Of a stretch of 64,000 nucleotides of DNA, positions 1 to 9,626 are shown piece by piece; within the stretch, counting starts at the first letter, position 1, and the number at the start of each line of letters is the position of its first letter. The translations under genes and the position numbers were made by a program. The notes under the pieces are model-generated. The model made no database searches and was not told the origin of the DNA. It saw nothing but the letters and a program-made list of their open reading frames with translations. Source of the DNA: Nitrosopumilus sp. (GTDB taxonomy: Archaea; Thermoproteota; Nitrososphaeria; Nitrososphaerales; Nitrosopumilaceae); assembly GCA_965223425.1 (NCBI GenBank), contig OZ245003.1, positions 2,400,001 through 2,464,000 on the forward strand. Reading direction: 5' to 3'.

Positions 1-3000
1 TAGTGCAGGTATAGCTGGCCAAGATGCTCCAACAAATCCGAGTCTTTCATTTCACTCTTTTTGATTTTCAACAGTTCCTTGTTCAACTTTCCCTTCAGGA
101 TTGGGATGGAATATGCCTTTCGAAGAGTTTCAATCATCTCTTTTTTATCAAGAAATTCCTTGATACTGTCCATCTTTATCAGTTTTTCAATCACCCATCT
201 TTGTGCGGTACCAAGCCTCATGCCGGTTTCTCTGGCCTGGATCTGTTCTGTATCCTCAACAAATTTCTTCCAGCCCACAGACACTAGTCTGTCATAGTCT
301 GAAGGGGCAGAATAAACTGCTGCATCGTCTGACTCTAAAATTTCTAAGGCTTCCTGCGACCTTATCTCTCTGACCTCTCCTTTCTGGCTGATTAGATAGT
401 ATTTTCGCACCTTGCCACTCCTCTCTGTTCCGCTCTCACACGCCAAAAGCAACCGGCCAGCAGATTTTATATTGCCTGAGCTTCTTACTCCGTCAGGAAT
501 TGACTTTATCTCTTTCCAAAACTCTGGCTTGTTGATCTGAATGTCTCGCAGAATCTTCTCAAATTTTGATGGCTCTAAGAGGTTTTCCTCCTCCCTGTCC
601 AAAATTGATGCATCGCACTTGTAGATTGCATAATTGTCACTGGTGTTTATTGGCTCGCCAGGTTTGAGTATCTGATAGTCTTCCCCGATTATCTTTTGTA
701 TGCTGTTAATTTTGTTGTCTACTTGATCCTCAAGGCTGAAATGCTCTTTCATCTCTGGATCTAGAAGAAAATTATGCACCGTAACGAATTCGTTTTTGCT
801 TCCAATTCTGTCTACCCTTCCAGCCCTCTGAATCAGCCTAGTCGGATTCCAGTGAAAGTCATAGTTGATTATTACCTGGCCTGCTTGAAGGTTTACTCCT
901 TCGGATAACACATCAGTAGAGATCAACAAAGAAGTCTGATCGTCTTTTTTGAGTTTTGGTCCATTGCTTGGATTGTTGTCCGGATCAAATCGTCTGGCAC
1001 ATTCGATAGAATTGCCGGTATCCGAATCCACCTGCTCTTTGATTTTCTTCCATCGTATGTACTCATACAGGTATTTTGCAGTGGTGGCAAATTCCGAGAA
1101 TATGAGAACCTTCTTTCCAGAATATTCCTTGTCTAGAAGATCCTGCAACCTGTGCAGCTTGTCATCGGTCTTCCACGTAAGCCTATGGACAAGCCCGTCA
1201 ATTGTCTCAAATATCTCTTTATCATTTTGGATGTCAGAAGCAAGTCTCTCAATATCGAATGCCTCAAACTTGTACTTTGTCTCCCCAGCTTCCTGAACTT
1301 TTTTCCTAAACTCGTCAATAGTTTTAGGATCATATATCGAATCAGGATCAGATTGTGCAATCTCGTACATTTCCTTGTAGGACACATCCCCTATGGGAAT
1401 AATTCCCTCCTCTAGCAATTTGAGGAAAATATTGTGACTGTTGATGTAGTGTCTGATACTTTGTTTGAATGCCTCAAGGCTACTCTCCATCCTCTTTAGC
1501 AAGAGCGTCCTGATTAGTCCTATGAGTTTTGTCCCTGCTGTCTTTAGTTCCTTGTATAGCTCAACTTCTTTGTATTCGTCCTTCAAATACGATCCAATAC
1601 TATATCTTGCAAGAGTGAGGGTTTTTTCACCGAGCTTTTCTGGTTTTGGGTCCAAACTTGCGTTTGCGGTCATAAACTGATCCCTACAAGTGAGGGTTTT
1701 TTCACCGAGCTTTTCTGGTTTTGGGCTGGCAAGATAACCTACAATAGTCTCAAATTTTCTCTGATAGACTTTGTTGATATCATACCGCTCCGTTCTCATT
1801 TCTCGTTGAGGAAAATATTTTTTCTCATTCCCAACTTGTAGGTATGATCTACCGCCTTCATCTTCTTTGCCCCATTGTTTTAGGACATACCTCCGGGTTC
1901 TCCGTATCATGATGTTTCTGAGCAGATCTACCAAACTCGCCTCCCCGTTTTTTACCTGTATAAAGTATCTGTCAAGATCAGTTTCATTTGCTGGGGGTAT
2001 GAACGTCTGCGGCGTTTGGTGGAATAACATTATCTGGTTTTTAATGTCAGCAGCTTTGTTTGAATATGGAGTTGCGGTAAGCAGTATGGCCTTTGCATCC
2101 TGCGCCTGCATGAACTGATGTAGGTTTTCATACTGTCTTGAATTGTTGTTCCTGAAGTGATGGCTCTCATCAATCAACACCAGATCCCTGCTCTTGTACC
2201 TATAGTCCTGATACAGTTCAAAATTTTCCTGTGATAATTGACCCCTCGACAAAACCTTTGCGTCCACCTCATAATCCTCACAGAATTTTTCCCACATTGG
2301 CATGAGGGGCGGCGGGCAGATAATCAGAGGCCTGTAATCTTGAAGCTGCAGATACTTCAGTAACGCGGTTCCGATGTAGGTCTTTCCCAATCCGACAACA
2401 TCTCCAATTATCATGCCGCCATACAGTTCAAACATTGTAAGGCCTTGATCCACCGCATTTCTCTGAAATGGGAACAGTTTCGGAAATGTTTGTTCCCATA
2501 TGGGATCAATTTCGTGTTGCCCCTCCAGCCTTTCCTTATACTCCAGATATGTAGCCTTTAAAAACAGGTCTCTGGGCGAATATATTTTTCCTGCCCACGA
2601 ATTTGTCAGTATCAGATTAAAATCCTCTGTGAACTCTAGTCCGTCTTTCCATAACGTATCAAACCATTTCAACAGTTGGTTTACATCCAGTGGATTTTGT
2701 GTTTTGAGGTTAAGCTCGCTGTTCTGGGAGATTCCCGCAATGGACAAATTGCTTGAACCAACAACGCCCATACCCTGTGAGAAGTCGGTATCTGTTGGCT
2801 GAAAGATATACGCCTTTGCGTGCAGCTTCTCTTTTGGGTATACTCTTACTTCTAGCTGTTTTGACTTCATCATTTCAATGAGTAATTCCACTACAGTTTT
2901 GTCATCGACAGTCTGACTCATGTGTTCTAGAGATTGTTTTACGTTGTCCCTACAGTCTGAAATCACACTGCTCTTCCTGTCGGCGTTTACAAAATTTTTC

Positions 3001-3257
3001 TTATCAACTTCGGTTTGCGCTTCCCGGATGCTATGAAACCCCTCAATTAGGGCTTCTGCGGTAGTCTTGTCGGTGGTATTTGAGATTAGCAGACGAATTT
3101 TATCTACACCCTTTAGGGATTGAATAACAACTGAGAGCCCAGAGATGAAAAAATAGCCTACTGCGATACTAGCCTTTTCGGTCTTTGGAAGAATTCGTAG
3201 AAGTTCGTCTTTCAGAATCACATCTCTGTTGTCAATTACGTTGTCTTCCCGAAGCAT
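1..3257 (-). CDS. PLD-like nuclease domain + SNF2/SF2 helicase fusion (RM/defence-associated); runs off the left edge
   Basis: Absent from the ORF track because there is no stop in the window. Manual translation from ATG at 3257: MLREDNVIDN...AVGYFFISG...KLHAKAYIF...VGSSNLS (PLD), GDVVGLGKT (Walker A), LIDESHHFRN (Walker B), LLTATP; helicase-C motifs SEGVNLQ, NYDFHWNP, QRAGRVDR. Frame is open at each segment checked, including 1-60. Confidence 0.85.
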   Translation of the reverse strand, partial: MLREDNVIDNRDVILKDELLRILPKTEKASIAVGYFFISGLSVVIQSLKGVDKIRLLISNTTDKTTAEALIEGFHSIREAQTEVDKKNFVNADRKSSVISDCRDNVKQSLEHMSQTVDDKTVVELLIEMMKSKQLEVRVYPKEKLHAKAYIFQPTDTDFSQGMGVVGSSNLSIAGISQNSELNLKTQNPLDVNQLLKWFDTLWKDGLEFTEDFNLILTNSWAGKIYSPRDLFLKATYLEYKERLEGQHEIDPIWEQTFPKLFPFQRNAVDQGLTMFELYGGMIIGDVVGLGKTYIGTALLKYLQLQDYRPLIICPPPLMPMWEKFCEDYEVDAKVLSRGQLSQENFELYQDYRYKSRDLVLIDESHHFRNNNSRQYENLHQFMQAQDAKAILLTATPYSNKAADIKNQIMLFHQTPQTFIPPANETDLDRYFIQVKNGEASLVDLLRNIMIRRTRRYVLKQWGKEDEGGRSYLQVGNEKKYFPQREMRTERYDINKVYQRKFETIVGYLASPKPEKLGEKTLTCRDQFMTANASLDPKPEKLGEKTLTLARYSIGSYLKDEYKEVELYKELKTAGTKLIGLIRTLLLKRMESSLEAFKQSIRHYINSHNIFLKLLEEGIIPIGDVSYKEMYEIAQSDPDSIYDPKTIDEFRKKVQEAGETKYKFEAFDIERLASDIQNDKEIFETIDGLVHRLTWKTDDKLHRLQDLLDKEYSGKKVLIFSEFATTAKYLYEYIRWKKIKEQVDSDTGNSIECARRFDPDNNPSNGPKLKKDDQTSLLISTDVLSEGVNLQAGQVIINYDFHWNPTRLIQRAGRVDRIGSKNEFVTVHNFLLDPEMKEHFSLEDQVDNKINSIQKIIGEDYQILKPGEPINTSDNYAIYKCDASILDREEENLLEPSKFEKILRDIQINKPEFWKEIKSIPDGVRSSGNIKSAGRLLLACESGTERSGKVRKYYLISQKGEVREIRSQEALEILESDDAAVYSAPSDYDRLVSVGWKKFVEDTEQIQARETGMRLGTAQRWVIEKLIKMDSIKEFLDKKEMIETLRKAYSIPILKGKLNKELLKIKKSEMKDSDLLEHLGQLYLH
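1614..1725. repeat. Two exact 37-bp direct repeats (1614-1650, 1689-1725) separated by 38 unique bp, in frame inside the helicase gene
   Basis: AGTGAGGGTTTTTTCACCGAGCTTTTCTGGTTTTGGG occurs twice; protein reads PKPEKLGEKTLT-CRDQFMTANASLD-PKPEKLGEKTLT. Confidence 0.95.
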
Positions 3258-3439
3258 GCATGCGCATATACTTCATTTCTTGATAAATGTTGTTGAATAA
3301 AAACGAGCTCCAGTTAACCCAAAAGTACCTGTAGGGGTGGCGGTGTGGAAGCGACGCGTTGTGGTTGATCTAGACTGACAGGTGGAAGACGAGATCAGGG
3401 TGCGACGGGGCGGTTTATCATGTTTTCAACACACTACGA

Positions 3440-4399
3440 TTGCGCATAATCTCTAATATAACAACCTCCAGATTTGCTGGTATCATGCACATGCAAGATC
3501 ACGAAAATCAAAATGCAAGAACTTTGCCAAAGTATATGGACGTATTGAAATTAAAATCAAAGTCCACTCAAAAACTCTTTTCATCTACCATGAACAACAT
3601 CTGCATGTTTGGCCGAATCGACATGACAAAGATATTAGAGTATGACGAAGAGGAGATACATGATCGTCTCCAAGACTGGATAATGTGGAACGCCAAACGG
3701 GGAATCACCACTGCAAGCATTATGTGCTATTTCAACTCGTTTAGATCCTATTTGAGGTATCGCAGAATTAGGATTGACTGGAACTACATGCTCCATGATC
3801 TCACGTTTCCACAGATGCTACACGAGAACAAGACGCCGGTAACACCTGATGTAATAAGGAAGATCCTTTCCGTATCGGAACCCGAGTTCAGATTCCAGCT
3901 TCTGGCGCTGGTATCAAGCGGAATGAGATCTGGCGAGCTTGGCCAGATAAGGCCAAAACACCTCGATTTTACATGTTCAAACATAGCAGTCAGAATACCC
4001 GCACAGATAACCAAGACCGGAAGATCACGAGTTACGTTTTTTTCACGGCAGGTATCTGACATGATACGGTACAGAATGAAAAACAAACCGGAATTTACGT
4101 TCTGCGGAACCAGAACGCCGGAGCAGTCCCTGAACCTGATCATAAAGCGGTTTTCTGTAGCAAGAAAAAAAACGGGCATGATCGAACGGTATGATCACTG
4201 CAAGCAAAACAGGTACAAGGTTCACGTCCATGGCCTGCGCTCGTACTTCATAACCAAGACAAACAAGATACAGTTCGGGTTGGGGCATATCTTGGCCGGA
4301 CATGACTTTTACATGAAGCAGTACAACCAGTACACTGTTGACGAAATGCTGTCAATGTACAGGGATGCCGAGGATGACCTTACATTCCGAGGAATATGA
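3440..4399 (+). CDS. Tyrosine recombinase/integrase (start may be a downstream ATG)
   Basis: Catalytic motifs SGMRSGEL (R), TKTG (K), HGLR (HxxR), LAGH and a downstream Tyr. Confidence 0.9.
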   Translation: MRIISNITTSRFAGIMHMQDHENQNARTLPKYMDVLKLKSKSTQKLFSSTMNNICMFGRIDMTKILEYDEEEIHDRLQDWIMWNAKRGITTASIMCYFNSFRSYLRYRRIRIDWNYMLHDLTFPQMLHENKTPVTPDVIRKILSVSEPEFRFQLLALVSSGMRSGELGQIRPKHLDFTCSNIAVRIPAQITKTGRSRVTFFSRQVSDMIRYRMKNKPEFTFCGTRTPEQSLNLIIKRFSVARKKTGMIERYDHCKQNRYKVHVHGLRSYFITKTNKIQFGLGHILAGHDFYMKQYNQYTVDEMLSMYRDAEDDLTFRGI

Positions 4400-4453
4400 G
4401 CTACAGAACGCTTTTTGGCTACAAAAATTTACAAAACGTTTGATTCTCGGTTT

Positions 4454-4639
4454 TTATAATATGTTCTCCAAATCCTCTTTTGTGGTCTTGTCGTCCTTGC
4501 TTGTTATTCTGACTGAACCCTTTGGCTCTATCATGTAGGAGAGCGGATTGTCATCGCACCCGTAAAGCTCCAGTATGTCAGAATCATCATCAGGTTTCAT
4601 ATATTTGGCATGTCTTTTCTCGGTTAAATTAGTTTTCAT
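4454..4639 (-). CDS. Small hypothetical protein (MKTNLTEK...)
   Basis: ATG overlaps the TGA of the upstream gene (ATGA coupling at 4636-4639). Confidence 0.4.
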   Translation of the reverse strand: MKTNLTEKRHAKYMKPDDDSDILELYGCDDNPLSYMIEPKGSVRITSKDDKTTKEDLENIL

Positions 4640-5445
4640 GCCAGAATCAGTATCCCTAAACCTATCGGTATCAGGTACCACCACGTGTATCTGGCACGGA
4701 TGGATTGGTTGCCAATCAACTGTGGGAGTAGCAATGAACCACCAATCACGAACAGTCCGATCTCCACCTGCTTGGCGAAGATTCCTGTGTCTGGCGGCTC
4801 TCCCAAAAATACGACGTATTTTAACATCGCTACTGCAAAGGACATGGCAGTAAGGACTGCAAGTACCATCTTCATGGTGGCAACAGAGGCAGTCTTGGGC
4901 TTGAAAGAGTATGATATCTCAAGGCCTTTTTCAGTCTCGGATGGTATTCTGAACTGTACGGAATTGTTGGTCTTGAACTTTTGCACATGTCTTGGACTCG
5001 CATGGCCTTGTTCCATTTTGTCGTCTTTAATGGTGCTGTACTGCGTGCGGGCAAAATCAAATTCGGCTGGTGTAAAAAGTGTATAATACAGCGGATACGG
5101 CTGTTTCTTAATTCCAATCTTCAAAACAGAGTTCGGCAACCTTGCTTGGTGCGGGGAATAAGTCAGCCTGATCGTTCGCACCTCGTTGTTTCTCATAGCC
5201 TTACTATCTGGAAGCTTGATCCACACTACATGAAGCTGTCCCGAACCTATCCTTGAATCAAGATCCTCAAGTTTTTCCTGTGTTTTGTCGTTATCGTTCT
5301 TAGCAAAATGCTTGATCAACCTTCGAACATCCCTTGTCGTCATGACTGGTAGCAAAGAACCGTCATCATCTTGAACCATCAAGTTTGGTAGAAATGTCAG
5401 TAGTTCCCAGATGTAGATTTGCCGCAACCGCAACTGGCATCGGTT

Positions 5446-6717
5446 CTACTTGCCTCGATCATTGACAAACAACTCGTTTCTGCTTGTAATGTACACGATA
5501 AACAACGCCATGGTGAGTTTTTTTCCCGCAGAAGACACTCTTCCATGCCTCTTTCCCGCATCAAGGCAGAACCTGGCAATCCTCCACAGGTTGTACAGCA
5601 GCAGCGGCAGGTAAAACATCAGCAGCCTCACAGACAGGGAGTTGCTGCATGTCCTGCCCATGATCTCCTTTATGACGCGAAACCCCGTCTCGATGCCCCA
5701 TCTCTTGCGGTACTGCTCCGGTATGATGCCTGTCATGGCTCTGGCGCTCCTGATGGGAATGTTTGTTGCAAACGCAATGTATTGCTCCTCCTCCTCCTCT
5801 TCCCCCTCCTTTTTCTTCTTCTTCTTCCTGTCTCTTTTGACAATTACAAGGTTGTAGGTCACAGTTACGCCGTCTTTGTTGGTCATTGACTGCTGCGATA
5901 CCTGGCTTGCCTTTCCGTCCTTGTACATCTTGACTATCCTCTTGATCTTGGAGTTCATGATGACAGGCATAATGTAGCGGCACCCGCCCTTTCCTGCCTC
6001 TGTCATGCAGTCAACGTTGTAAAAGGCGCGGTCGTACAGGAACACAGTCTTTGAGTGTGCGCCCCCTCTGAGGATTTTCGTGCGTGTTTTGGCTATAAAA
6101 TCGGCCAGTTTTTCCTTTGCCGGCAGCAGCTGCGATTCCAGGACAATCTGCGAGGAGTCCCTGCCGACTCCGTGCACTGCGACATACGAGAGAAACGTGG
6201 ATGTTCCTGCCCTTGGACGCGACTTTCTTGTATGCTCCTGCAGCTGCTCCCCATGGTATGGTATGTCCGTAACGTCTATTGCAATGGCGTCGATGTCCTG
6301 CAGCATTCCTGTATGGCAGGCGTGCTGCACCGTGCGTGCCAGCGTCCTTGCACACCAGGCCTGCACGTCTGCCGGTTCGACGCCACGGACTGCAGACATG
6401 ACCAGGTCTGCGCCAGGCGTACGTGCACCCGTGTCTTGAAGCCTGCTGCGCCGTACGAGGGATTCTACAAACGTGTTTCTCTCAGACGCCCTGATTAGCA
6501 CGTCCAGTATGTCATTGCATCCGTATACGGCGTTGTGCCTCTCAGACATTGGCATGCCAAGCTTTTGAAACGACGAGCGCAAGATTTTAAACCGGTTTGA
6601 TGTTATATTGTACTGGCGTGCGATCAGATCGTCTTGTAATTCGACTTTCATGACATATTGCACGCCGTAGCCTAATCTGGATCTTTGCATTGCAGTTATG
6701 CGGTAACGCACCGGCAT
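5446..6717 (-). CDS. DDE transposase (IS4-like/ISH3 family)
   Basis: AIDVTD, YDRAFY and the YREK-type motif YRKRWGIETGFRVIK. Confidence 0.9.
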   Translation of the reverse strand: MPVRYRITAMQRSRLGYGVQYVMKVELQDDLIARQYNITSNRFKILRSSFQKLGMPMSERHNAVYGCNDILDVLIRASERNTFVESLVRRSRLQDTGARTPGADLVMSAVRGVEPADVQAWCARTLARTVQHACHTGMLQDIDAIAIDVTDIPYHGEQLQEHTRKSRPRAGTSTFLSYVAVHGVGRDSSQIVLESQLLPAKEKLADFIAKTRTKILRGGAHSKTVFLYDRAFYNVDCMTEAGKGGCRYIMPVIMNSKIKRIVKMYKDGKASQVSQQSMTNKDGVTVTYNLVIVKRDRKKKKKKEGEEEEEEQYIAFATNIPIRSARAMTGIIPEQYRKRWGIETGFRVIKEIMGRTCSNSLSVRLLMFYLPLLLYNLWRIARFCLDAGKRHGRVSSAGKKLTMALFIVYITSRNELFVNDRGK

Positions 6718-6758
6718 CTGGGCATAAACCTACATCTGGGCACAAATCTACATCTGGG
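6715..6758. repeat. Three subterminal 18-bp-period repeats (core CATCTGGG) at the IS end upstream of the transposase
   Basis: Cores at 6715, 6733, 6751; mirrored in copy 2 as CCCAGATG at 11703, 11721, 11739. Confidence 0.85.
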
Positions 6759-6969
6759 AACTACTGATGTGTCTGACAGAATCATGATGTTTGTAAGCTG
6801 TTCTGTTTTTGATTTTATGGTGTACTCACTTGTTATGCTCTGTTGCTCTTTGTGCTCGTGTAAAATAAACAACCGCTGCCTGAGAATCTCCATCCCGGAT
6901 ATGATATCCATGCAAGACAACTTCAAAAACAGGTAATTTAATTGGATAGAATTCAGATGCACTGGGTAA

Positions 6970-8280
6970 ATGTTCAGTATTTTGTATACGCGAACCAGAA
7001 ATACCAGTATTTTGGGAGATTATGTGGCCAAAATCGGCCAGAACGGCCTCGACTTTTATTCAGACGAGAGGTGGCAGCAGGTCAAGGAGGCAGCGGAGGC
7101 GCACTCGTTCTTCCACTGGGATCTGGAGTTTCCCGACATATTTTATGGTACAGACGGCAAGCGGAAAAAGAATCCCGGGTTTGATGGTGTGGTTGGGAAT
7201 CCTCCGTATGGTGCAAAGATATCAAAAAAAGAACAGGAATATCACAAGACAAAACTATCAAAAGTGGGCAGTACAGATACCGCACAACTAATGATTCATG
7301 CAGCTTGCAATTTATTATCCAAGTTCGGACATCATGGATTCATTGTTCCAAAAGCATTGGTTTTTGCTTCAAATTGGAAAAAAATCAGAGAATTCATCAC
7401 AGATGATCTATCAATTCTGATGGATTGTAAAAAGGTATGGAAAGATGTTAAGCTTGAGCAAGTGATTTACATCTATGAAAACAATTATGAGAAAAAATCC
7501 TATCTTGCTGGATCACGAATTGGCCAAAATCTTGTAGCAGATACAGAAGTTAATAAAAAAGAATGCATTCCATTTGAGTTTCTAATTAGTGGCATTACAA
7601 GAGATGAGATCAAACTAGGACAGAAAATTTATGAAAAATCCCAGAAGCTAAAAAAATATATCAACAATAGTCGTGGGTGTATGCTACAAAGTAGATTAAA
7701 GAAAAACGGCAACAACAAAGTTATCGGTGGTGCTCAAATTCAGCGATATTATATTACAGAATGTTTGAAAGGCTATTTGGATACTAAAGACATAGACAGT
7801 GATAAAGCATATGTTAAGTGGAATTCAATTCTTGCACAAAGAATTGTTGCACATATTGACAGTCCAACAGATCATCTAAAAATCACTGCAACAATACCGC
7901 CAAATATTGATTTCGTTATATTAGATACAATAAATCAGATTACCGTGAATAAGATCAACCCACTGTATGTTTTGGGGCTTTTAAATTCTAAGATAGTAAA
8001 TTGGTACGCATACAGGTTTATTTTTGCCAAAGCAATTAGAACAATGCAGTTGGATAATCCTACAACTGACAGAATCCCAATTATTGTAAACGAAGAAAAA
8101 GCAGTGATTGATAGGGTAAAAAAATTACTCAAATTATACTCTGTGAAATACCAGAATAAATCAACAGAAAACTACCCAAGCATAACAACCGAAGAAAATA
8201 AGCTGAATCATTTATTCTATAAAATATTTAGTTTAACGAGTGATGAAATTTCAATGGTAGAAGAATCAACTCCTAGGTGA
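6970..8280 (+). CDS. C-terminal part of a type IIG/Eco57I-like N6-adenine methyltransferase with TaqI-C-like target recognition domain; N-terminus absent
   Basis: FFHWDLEFPDIF...GFDGVVGNPPY (motif IV), GFIVP, YVLGLLNSKIVNWY and RIPI; no SAM-binding motif I or nuclease domain seen upstream. Confidence 0.8.
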   Translation: MFSILYTRTRNTSILGDYVAKIGQNGLDFYSDERWQQVKEAAEAHSFFHWDLEFPDIFYGTDGKRKKNPGFDGVVGNPPYGAKISKKEQEYHKTKLSKVGSTDTAQLMIHAACNLLSKFGHHGFIVPKALVFASNWKKIREFITDDLSILMDCKKVWKDVKLEQVIYIYENNYEKKSYLAGSRIGQNLVADTEVNKKECIPFEFLISGITRDEIKLGQKIYEKSQKLKKYINNSRGCMLQSRLKKNGNNKVIGGAQIQRYYITECLKGYLDTKDIDSDKAYVKWNSILAQRIVAHIDSPTDHLKITATIPPNIDFVILDTINQITVNKINPLYVLGLLNSKIVNWYAYRFIFAKAIRTMQLDNPTTDRIPIIVNEEKAVIDRVKKLLKLYSVKYQNKSTENYPSITTEENKLNHLFYKIFSLTSDEISMVEESTPR

Positions 8281-8468
8281 TTTCAGATAACAAGTTTGCG
8301 ATGATCTAAACTGTCTAAAATAAAAAAAGGGTAAGTGTTTAGGTTCATGCGTAAAATTACTCATTATGGTGTTGTGATAAGCGTGAAAATTCAAGGATCT
8401 AAACACGCACAAAAAAGGTACCTATTTTTAGTCTGTTTGAGAGCATATTTAGATTAACTGATGAAACT

Positions 8469-9626
8469 TTAGAATAGTTTTTTCTGAAATCTTGGTTCTA
8501 GATGTTTTTTAACAACGGTATCCATATCATGCTTATCTTTCAAATAATCTCTAACAGAATTAGAATCAATATTATCATGAAGATTTTTGAATTCGGATCG
8601 TGTTCTTACATTTTCGTGTACCCTTGAAAGATATTTTGGTCGGTTATTTTTCCAATCTGATTCTGTTAGAGTATTGGTTGACATTTTTTCAAATAATTCT
8701 TCTAGTTTAGGATCTCTGAAAAATACCTGTTTTTCTTGTTGTGCATCAAATTTGTTGCTTTGCGGTTCGACTATGGGAGTAACTAGATCGTTTTTGCAGA
8801 ACAGTCTGATTTTTTTGTTAATATTTCCAGCCCTGCCCCCACTTCCAGTGTACCCTTCTACTACAAGATCAGCTGTGAAAAATGATCCATAGTGAGGAGC
8901 AGACACATTGTAATTTGCTTCGCTGTATAGGGCTCTTGGGACATCAACCATTGTTATTGCTTGCTTTTTTTTGTCATGTATAGTTTCAAAATTATCCATA
9001 ATATGATCATAGGCTTTGTTTGCACTAGGATATTGAGCAAATTTCAGTGCGATAAGAGGAATATCTCTATTACCAATTTTTAGACAGTTATCAACTTGTT
9101 TTTCAAAAATTGAGGTTTCTTCCTTGAGATCTATAACAGGAATTAGTTGCAGTCCTTGCTTAGTAACTTGGGCATTCATCTCAATTACATTATCTACAGT
9201 AGGGAGAACGATGGATTCTAAACTTAGTTGATTTGCCAAGTTACAAAAGAATCTAATGTAATCAATCCTTTTTTTTCTGGTGTCAAGTTGTTCCATGCTT
9301 AGAGTGGTTAATGAGGGATAAAGTAAAGTCAATGAATCAGGATCTATTCTGTTCTGAATTGATTTGAATTTGTTTAGTACTTCTCCCAAATAACCATTCT
9401 TTGTTAAAACGTCATTCAGTTTGCCAGGATTTAGGCTCTCTTGAATCATAAAGGATTTTGAAGACCTAGTGAGCGGAATGTCTGCCCCAATCTCGTTTTT
9501 AGCATTTAGATCATACCTGTTTACTAATCTGTTTGGAGTATCGATCGTTCCATTTGTGTGTCTTATTGTAAGAGTGGAGAGGTCATTGAAATTGTCTCGA
9601 GAGTGTGGAACTACAGAAATTACCAT
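8469..9626 (-). CDS. Hypothetical protein with tRNA-guanine transglycosylase (TGT)-like N- and C-terminal signatures
   Basis: N-term LTIRHTNGTIDTP resembles TGT (TPHGxIETP); C-term RVHE...I...DYL resembles the TGT terminal helix; ATG at 9626 overlaps the upstream stop. Confidence 0.5.
   Translation of the reverse strand: MVISVVPHSRDNFNDLSTLTIRHTNGTIDTPNRLVNRYDLNAKNEIGADIPLTRSSKSFMIQESLNPGKLNDVLTKNGYLGEVLNKFKSIQNRIDPDSLTLLYPSLTTLSMEQLDTRKKRIDYIRFFCNLANQLSLESIVLPTVDNVIEMNAQVTKQGLQLIPVIDLKEETSIFEKQVDNCLKIGNRDIPLIALKFAQYPSANKAYDHIMDNFETIHDKKKQAITMVDVPRALYSEANYNVSAPHYGSFFTADLVVEGYTGSGGRAGNINKKIRLFCKNDLVTPIVEPQSNKFDAQQEKQVFFRDPKLEELFEKMSTNTLTESDWKNNRPKYLSRVHENVRTRSEFKNLHDNIDSNSVRDYLKDKHDMDTVVKKHLEPRFQKKLF

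Larger units (their letters stand above)
5398..6766 (-). mobile_element. ISH3-like insertion sequence, copy 1 (apparently intact)
   Basis: Perfect 24-bp TIRs CAGTAGTTCCCAGATGTAGATTTG; 4-bp TSD ATGT (5394-5397, 6767-6770); 5'-CAG ends and a 4-5 bp TSD are typical of the ISH3 family. Confidence 0.9.
4636..6911 (-). pseudogene. Hypothetical protein with C-terminal transmembrane helices, split by IS copy 1
   Basis: Removing the IS and one ATGT joins ...NIMILSDT (6767-6911) in frame to FLPNLMVQDDDG... (4636-5397). Confidence 0.85.

Noticed and set aside
1614-1725. Functional CRISPR array
   Set aside because: Only two repeats, inside a coding frame, with no leader or cas genes in the window; kept only as an insertion scar.
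24-2802. Short + strand ORFs in the track
   Set aside because: Antisense shadows of the long minus-strand helicase gene.
3300-3430. tRNA or att site upstream of the recombinase (also 10910-11030)
   Set aside because: GC-rich, but no cloverleaf, T-loop consensus or matching direct repeat could be found.
5419-6498. Alternative-frame ORFs within the IS (also 11962-12742)
   Set aside because: By-products of the GC-rich transposase sequence; no motifs of their own.
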